The notes beneath the pieces are model-generated. The model did not search any database. It was not told the DNA's origin and was given only the letters and a program-made list of their open reading frames with translations. Positions 59,449-64,000 of a stretch of DNA of 64,000 nt are shown piece by piece. The position numbers were made by a program, and so were the translations under genes. The stretch comes from Bacteroidia bacterium (lineage in GTDB: Bacteria > Bacteroidota > Bacteroidia > B-17B0 > Aurantibacillaceae). Location of the stretch: contig JBIJCO010000015.1 of the NCBI GenBank assembly GCA_044344665.1, forward strand, positions 812 to 64,811. Reading direction: 5' to 3'. Within the stretch, counting starts at the first letter, position 1, and the number at the start of each line of letters is the position of its first letter.

Positions 59449-60123
59449 TTATTCAAAAAGGTTAAAATTGGTAGTTAACAGTTGATTTTTTACAGCAAAC
59501 ATTACAACTCCAGCGGTATTGTTAACGCCCAATTTGCTCATAATGTTTTTACGATGTGTGTTTACGGTGTGAGGGCTTAATTTGTGTTTATCAGCAATTA
59601 ATTTATTTGATAATCCTTCGGCAATTCCTCTTATGATATCAAGTTCTCTTTCTGTAACAGAGATACCATCACAGGAAAGTGATTTAATAAATGAGTTGTT
59701 GGTAATTATTTCTTTTTCGGCGGTAAGGAATGAAACAATTTTTCCGCAAATAAATTTATGACCGTTTATTGTTGAGTTAATGGCTTCTAAAATTTCTGAC
59801 TTATCGCAATCTTTTAATAAAAAACTTGTAATGCCAGTTTTTAAAATGCTGTTAAATTCATTTTTAGTTAGCATTTCAGTAATCACTAAAAATTTTACTT
59901 TCGGAAATTTATTTATAATTGATTTTAGCTCATTTATATTAATTCCCAAGGAATAGGAATCTGTGATTAATAAATTTGGTTTTGATAGTTTTAATTGACT
60001 GATTAAAGCATGTTTATCTCCACAAACAGTTGGCGCTAAGTCAAAGCCATTAAGCTCCCCAACCAAAAGTTCTAAACCAACTCTTGAAAGAAAATTTTTA
60101 TCGGCAATTAATACTTTAATCAT
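59449..60123 (-). CDS. NarL/LuxR family response regulator
   Basis: Receiver domain (LLITD, FLLK) plus LuxR HTH (TERELDII...GLSNKLIADKHKLSPHTVNTHRKNI). Confidence 0.9.
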   Translation of the reverse strand: MIKVLIADKNFLSRVGLELLVGELNGFDLAPTVCGDKHALISQLKLSKPNLLITDSYSLGININELKSIINKFPKVKFLVITEMLTKNEFNSILKTGITSFLLKDCDKSEILEAINSTINGHKFICGKIVSFLTAEKEIITNNSFIKSLSCDGISVTERELDIIRGIAEGLSNKLIADKHKLSPHTVNTHRKNIMSKLGVNNTAGVVMFAVKNQLLTTNFNLFE

Positions 60124-60134
60124 AAATCAGAATA

Positions 60135-60142
60135 CAAATATA
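60135..60142 (-). promoter_or_regulatory. Bacteroidota -7 box
   Basis: TATATTTG on the minus strand, 11 nt upstream of the ATG at 60123. Confidence 0.55.
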
Positions 60143-60166
60143 ATCATGTAATTTGAGAAATTAATG

Positions 60167-61087
60167 TTAAATACTTATTCTTTTACCGTCTGTTGCCAAT
60201 ACACAATTATCGAATAATGGTTTTGCTTCAAGTATAAATTGTTCCAAATTACCATATCTTGCTGAAAAATGCCCTAGCAATAATTGTTTTACATTAGCCA
60301 AACTCGCAATTTTAGCCGCTTGCTCGGCTGTAGAATGAAAAGTCATTTCGGCTCTTTCTTTTTTATCGTTTAAAAAAGTGCTTTCGTGATATAACAAATC
60401 AACATTATTTATGTAATTAGTAAGTTCTTTATGAAATATTGTATCGCTGCAATAGCCGTAACTTCTTGGTTTTCTTGAATCGAATGTTATAAACTCATTT
60501 TTTATAAACTCCCCATCCTTGTTTATTACGTCATTACCTTTTTTAAGTAACATAATATCCGCGTTTGAGATGTTGTATTTTTCTAGTTTGTACTTATCAA
60601 TTTTTTTTAGAAGTGGTTTTTCTTTGAATAAAAAGCCGGTACAAAAAATTCTGTGCTTTAATGGGAATGAATAGACTTCAACTTTATCATCTTCAAAAAT
60701 TAAATTAAACCCATCGTCATTTGTAAAAATCCAGTTTACTTTATAATTAAATCGAGTATCCGAAAATTTATTTATTAAATCAATAATATCTTTTAATTCC
60801 TTTGGGCAGTAAATGTTTATGTCTTGTTTTCTGCCTAGTAAGTGCATGCTGCTTAATAAACCAGGTAAACCAAAAAAATGATCACCATGTAAATGGGAAA
60901 TAAAAATATGGTCAATGGATTGAAATTTAGCTTTAAATTTTCTTAATTGAATTTGAGTGGCTTCTCCGCAGTCGATTAAAAAAAAACGCTCAGCTATATT
61001 TAACAACTGAGCGCTTGGATTTCTTTCTGATGTGGGGCTGGCAGATGATGAGCCTAAAATTAATAATTCAAAAGTTTGACTACTCAT
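60167..61087 (-). CDS. rnz: Ribonuclease Z
   Basis: LIDCGEATQ, SHLHGDH, YCSDT, LLYHESTF, HSTA, GHFSARY. Confidence 0.96.
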   Translation of the reverse strand: MSSQTFELLILGSSSASPTSERNPSAQLLNIAERFFLIDCGEATQIQLRKFKAKFQSIDHIFISHLHGDHFFGLPGLLSSMHLLGRKQDINIYCPKELKDIIDLINKFSDTRFNYKVNWIFTNDDGFNLIFEDDKVEVYSFPLKHRIFCTGFLFKEKPLLKKIDKYKLEKYNISNADIMLLKKGNDVINKDGEFIKNEFITFDSRKPRSYGYCSDTIFHKELTNYINNVDLLYHESTFLNDKKERAEMTFHSTAEQAAKIASLANVKQLLLGHFSARYGNLEQFILEAKPLFDNCVLATDGKRISI

Positions 61088-61917
61088 TAACGATTACCTG
61101 CTAAAACCATTCGTTTAGTTTCAGTATAATTTTTGTATTGAATAGTGTACAAATAAATACCATTTGTCCAATTTGTACCATCTAATTCATAAGAATTGTC
61201 GCCATAACTGGTTTTAATATTATCAGTAAATATTTTTTCGCCTAACAAATTATATACACAAATTTTGGCTATTGACTCGTCTTTTACATAAAACTTTAAG
61301 GTTGTTTTTCCGGTAAATGGATTGGGTACATTTGTAAGATTTAATGATTTTGAATTAACATCTTCTTTTAAACCAACCGTATTTGGGTTAATTTGAATAA
61401 TATAGTATTTTACGATGGTTGGAGCAGTTACCGAACCAGATCCGGCCGCATAATTAGGTGTATTAGAACATGGCAATAAAGCCGGAGTTACAAATGGTTG
61501 TACTTTAAATTGAAGGGTGTATGTTCCTGCCACAGTAGGAGTTCCGGATATTATACTGCAACTTACAGCGTTACCTCTATATTTGTAGGTTCCGGCAGTA
61601 TTGGTAACTGTTGGTCCGGCTAAAAAGTTTAGTCCTGGAGGCAGGTTAAAATTGGTATAACCTGTGGGCGTTGATAATTCAATTCTGTTAAAACAAAACG
61701 TAAGTGGGCTTTGCACTGTATCTTTGGGCACTCTAACTGTTATATTTTGACCATATGGTACGCCAACCATACCTTGAACAAAATTTGTAGCGCTATCTGG
61801 CCAAATACCCGGTTTGTTTAATGACACAAAAACTGCATCATTTGAACATGTGGTAGGTGCTTGAGAAAAAGCTATAAAAGCTTGTGCAATAAATAAAATC
61901 GAAAGTAGTTTTTTCAT
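61087..61917 (-). CDS. T9SS type A sorting domain protein
   Basis: Signal peptide, single Ig-like region, C-terminal NVPNPF...YNLLGE...GIYLYTI...TKRMV. Confidence 0.82.
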   Translation of the reverse strand: MKKLLSILFIAQAFIAFSQAPTTCSNDAVFVSLNKPGIWPDSATNFVQGMVGVPYGQNITVRVPKDTVQSPLTFCFNRIELSTPTGYTNFNLPPGLNFLAGPTVTNTAGTYKYRGNAVSCSIISGTPTVAGTYTLQFKVQPFVTPALLPCSNTPNYAAGSGSVTAPTIVKYYIIQINPNTVGLKEDVNSKSLNLTNVPNPFTGKTTLKFYVKDESIAKICVYNLLGEKIFTDNIKTSYGDNSYELDGTNWTNGIYLYTIQYKNYTETKRMVLAGNR

Positions 61918-62009
61918 AGTTTTTGATTTTTGATTGATACAATATTAAAGAAAAAAAACAAAAACTAAAAAAATGATTGTTTCGTAATGTTTTAAAATTC
62001 TAAAAACTG

Positions 62010-62017
62010 TATATTTG
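62010..62017 (+). promoter_or_regulatory. Bacteroidota -7 box for ndk
   Basis: TATATTTG(C), 20 nt upstream of the ATG at 62038. Confidence 0.6.
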
Positions 62018-62037
62018 CGCCCTTAAAAATTTAAAAA

Positions 62038-62457
62038 ATGGTAGGTAAAATAACTTTCACAATGATTAAGCCGGATGCTGTTGAAGCCAACAACATAGGC
62101 CCAATTTTAGCAATGATTAATAAGGCCGGATTTAAAATATTGGCAATGAAATACATGCGTTTAACTAAAGAACAAGCTGGTAATTTTTATGCCGTGCATA
62201 AAGAAAGGCCATTTTATGCTGAACTAACTGAATATATGAGCGGTGGTCCAATTGTTGCAGCAATATTATCAAAGGATAATGCTGTTTCTGATTACAGAAA
62301 ATTGATTGGAGCTACGGATCCTACAAAAGCTGAAGATGGCACCATTAGAAAACTGTTTGCAAAATCAATTGCAGCTAATGCTGTTCACGGTAGTGATAGT
62401 GACGAAAATGCTGAAATTGAATCTAATTTTTTCTTTTCTCACTTAGAAAGATTTTAA
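62038..62457 (+). CDS. ndk: Nucleoside-diphosphate kinase
   Basis: [34 protein letters not shown]. Confidence 0.98.
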   Translation: MVGKITFTMIKPDAVEANNIGPILAMINKAGFKILAMKYMRLTKEQAGNFYAVHKERPFYAELTEYMSGGPIVAAILSKDNAVSDYRKLIGATDPTKAEDGTIRKLFAKSIAANAVHGSDSDENAEIESNFFFSHLERF

Positions 62458-62480
62458 AATTTATTCTAAAACCGAATTTT

Positions 62481-62518
62481 AAAAGTCTCGTATTTTTTAA
62501 ATACGGGGCTTTTTTTTT
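62481..62518 (+). terminator. Rho-independent terminator after ndk
   Basis: AAAAGTCTCGTATTT / AAATACGGGGCTTTT stem (with G-U pairs) followed by a long T-run. Confidence 0.8.
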
Positions 62519-62646
62519 AATTTTATTGACCTTATAAATTTTAAATAATGTTTTTTTTAAAAAAGTAATAAACATTGTTTTGATTTATGAGAAAAATTAA
62601 ACAATTTTGTTAAAATATATTAATTATATAAAAAAACCTTTTTGGT

Positions 62647-64000
62647 ATGATAAAATATCTCTCTAAAAAATTAGTAAAGGCAGCTATTGCGGTTGCTTTA
62701 GTTGGAGTTACATCAATTGTTGACGCTCAAACGTTTAATTGGTCTCAAGCAGGGCCTATTTACAATGCAGGAAGATCAAGGAACATGATTGTTGATAAAA
62801 ATGACCCTACAGGAAATACGCTCTATGTAGGTAGTGCATCTAGCGGTGTATTTATGTCAACTGACGGTGGTATTAATTGGAGTGCATTAGCATTAAGTAA
62901 TAATAAATTGAATGTAAGTTATATAGCACAAGCTATCGACGGAACAATATATGTTGCAACAGGTGAAGGCTTTTTGAGAGCTGGACAAAAATTAAAGGCG
63001 CAGCAAGGGACTGGATTATACAAAATTTCAGGTTCATCTTTAGTTTCAGTTGCCACAAGTTCTCAAGTTGGATCTGTAATTAATAGAATTGCATGCAGTC
63101 CTACCAGCCCAAATAAAATTGCATTAGCTACTAATTATGGTATTATGGTAACTACTGATGGTAGCAACTTTGCAATGGCAAGTGGTATACCGACTAATAG
63201 TACCACATTAGTTGGTTTAGATGTTAAGTTTGATAGTAATGGTATTTTATATTGCTCAGCTGGTAACGAATCCTCGGCTTCTCCTGCTTTAGCAGCTGAA
63301 GTATCTAAAGTTTACAAATCATCTGACAACAATTTTACGACTTTTAATGCTGTTACAACGATGACTTCATCCTTATTGCTAAACGATAATTATGGTCGTA
63401 TCGAATTGGCGATTGCACCTTCAAATAATAATGTAATTTATGCCTCTTGTTCTTCTAAATACGGCGGAACGGGTAGTCCAGCTTCTTCAAATTTAAAAGG
63501 TCTTTTTGTTTCTTACGATGCCGGAGCTACTTGGGGTTTAATTCTTCAAGGTTCTCCTCAACTAGATCCACTGGGTAATGGCGGAAGTTTGACTTCAGGA
63601 GATTATGCTCATGTAATTACTGTAGATCCGTTTAATTCTGATCAAATATTTTTAGGAAGTTATCAATTTTACTATTGGACACGTACCGGTGGAAGTAATT
63701 CAAACCCTATTGGAACATGGGTAAAAAAAGGTAATAGTGCATTTACTAATTCTCAATTTTATCTTGCTCAAAACATTCATGATATAAAATTAATTACCTC
63801 AGGAAATACAATTTCTAAATTCTTTTTTGTTACAGACGCAGGTATTTATCGTTCAATTGATGTGTTAACGGGTTTATTTGGTCTAACTAGCTTTCAGCCT
63901 TTTTATAAAGGGTTAATTACAGGTCAATTTAATTCGGTAAGTATTGAACGTTATCCTTTATCAAATGTACCATCTTCTAACAGTTCCTCTGTAACTCCAT
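62647..64000 (+). CDS. Large exported BNR/Asp-box repeat beta-propeller protein (3' truncated by window edge)
   Basis: Manual translation from 62647: MIKYLSKKLVKAAIAVALVGVTSIVDAQTFNWSQAGP..., with LYVGSASSGVFMSTDGGINW, TTDGSNF and SYDAGATW Asp-box-like repeats. No stop seen before the window end. Confidence 0.8.
   Translation, partial: MIKYLSKKLVKAAIAVALVGVTSIVDAQTFNWSQAGPIYNAGRSRNMIVDKNDPTGNTLYVGSASSGVFMSTDGGINWSALALSNNKLNVSYIAQAIDGTIYVATGEGFLRAGQKLKAQQGTGLYKISGSSLVSVATSSQVGSVINRIACSPTSPNKIALATNYGIMVTTDGSNFAMASGIPTNSTTLVGLDVKFDSNGILYCSAGNESSASPALAAEVSKVYKSSDNNFTTFNAVTTMTSSLLLNDNYGRIELAIAPSNNNVIYASCSSKYGGTGSPASSNLKGLFVSYDAGATWGLILQGSPQLDPLGNGGSLTSGDYAHVITVDPFNSDQIFLGSYQFYYWTRTGGSNSNPIGTWVKKGNSAFTNSQFYLAQNIHDIKLITSGNTISKFFFVTDAGIYRSIDVLTGLFGLTSFQPFYKGLITGQFNSVSIERYPLSNVPSSNSSSVTP

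Overview
AT-rich chromosomal window from a Bacteroidota bacterium, judged from gldF/gldG, T9SS C-terminal-domain proteins, TAnnTTTG promoter boxes and A-rich leaders without obvious Shine-Dalgarno sequences. Most of it is housekeeping: rplY 3' end, tamB, tsaD, ftcD, fumC, dnaG, mnmE, uvrA, mtgA, rnz, ndk and several transporters. Two regions stand out. (1) A light/DNA-repair cluster at ~25.9-34.4 kb holds three different photolyase/cryptochrome-family genes, alkB and a small DUF2256 gene missing from the ORF track, and is split by an opposite-strand ABC cassette. (2) A ~7.0 kb integrative element (37921-44965) sits in the 3' end of mnmE/trmE. It has visible attL/attR cores (TTTCCGATACA), AAGGTACAAAT arm-type repeats at both ends, a tyrosine integrase, two excisionase-like HTH genes, an AAA/RecA-fold helicase and a Toprim primase (DUF6371-like). 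Between helicase and primase is a palindromic 6 x 9-bp iteron-like array, followed by a gene resembling a small terminase subunit and one secreted cargo gene. No relaxase, conjugation or capsid gene is recognisable. This layout suggests a minimal phage-satellite (PICI/PICMI-like) element in Bacteroidota, the best candidate for an undescribed system here. The TerS and satellite calls are inference from motifs and gene order, not database hits. No tRNA, rRNA, CRISPR array or IS element was recognised.
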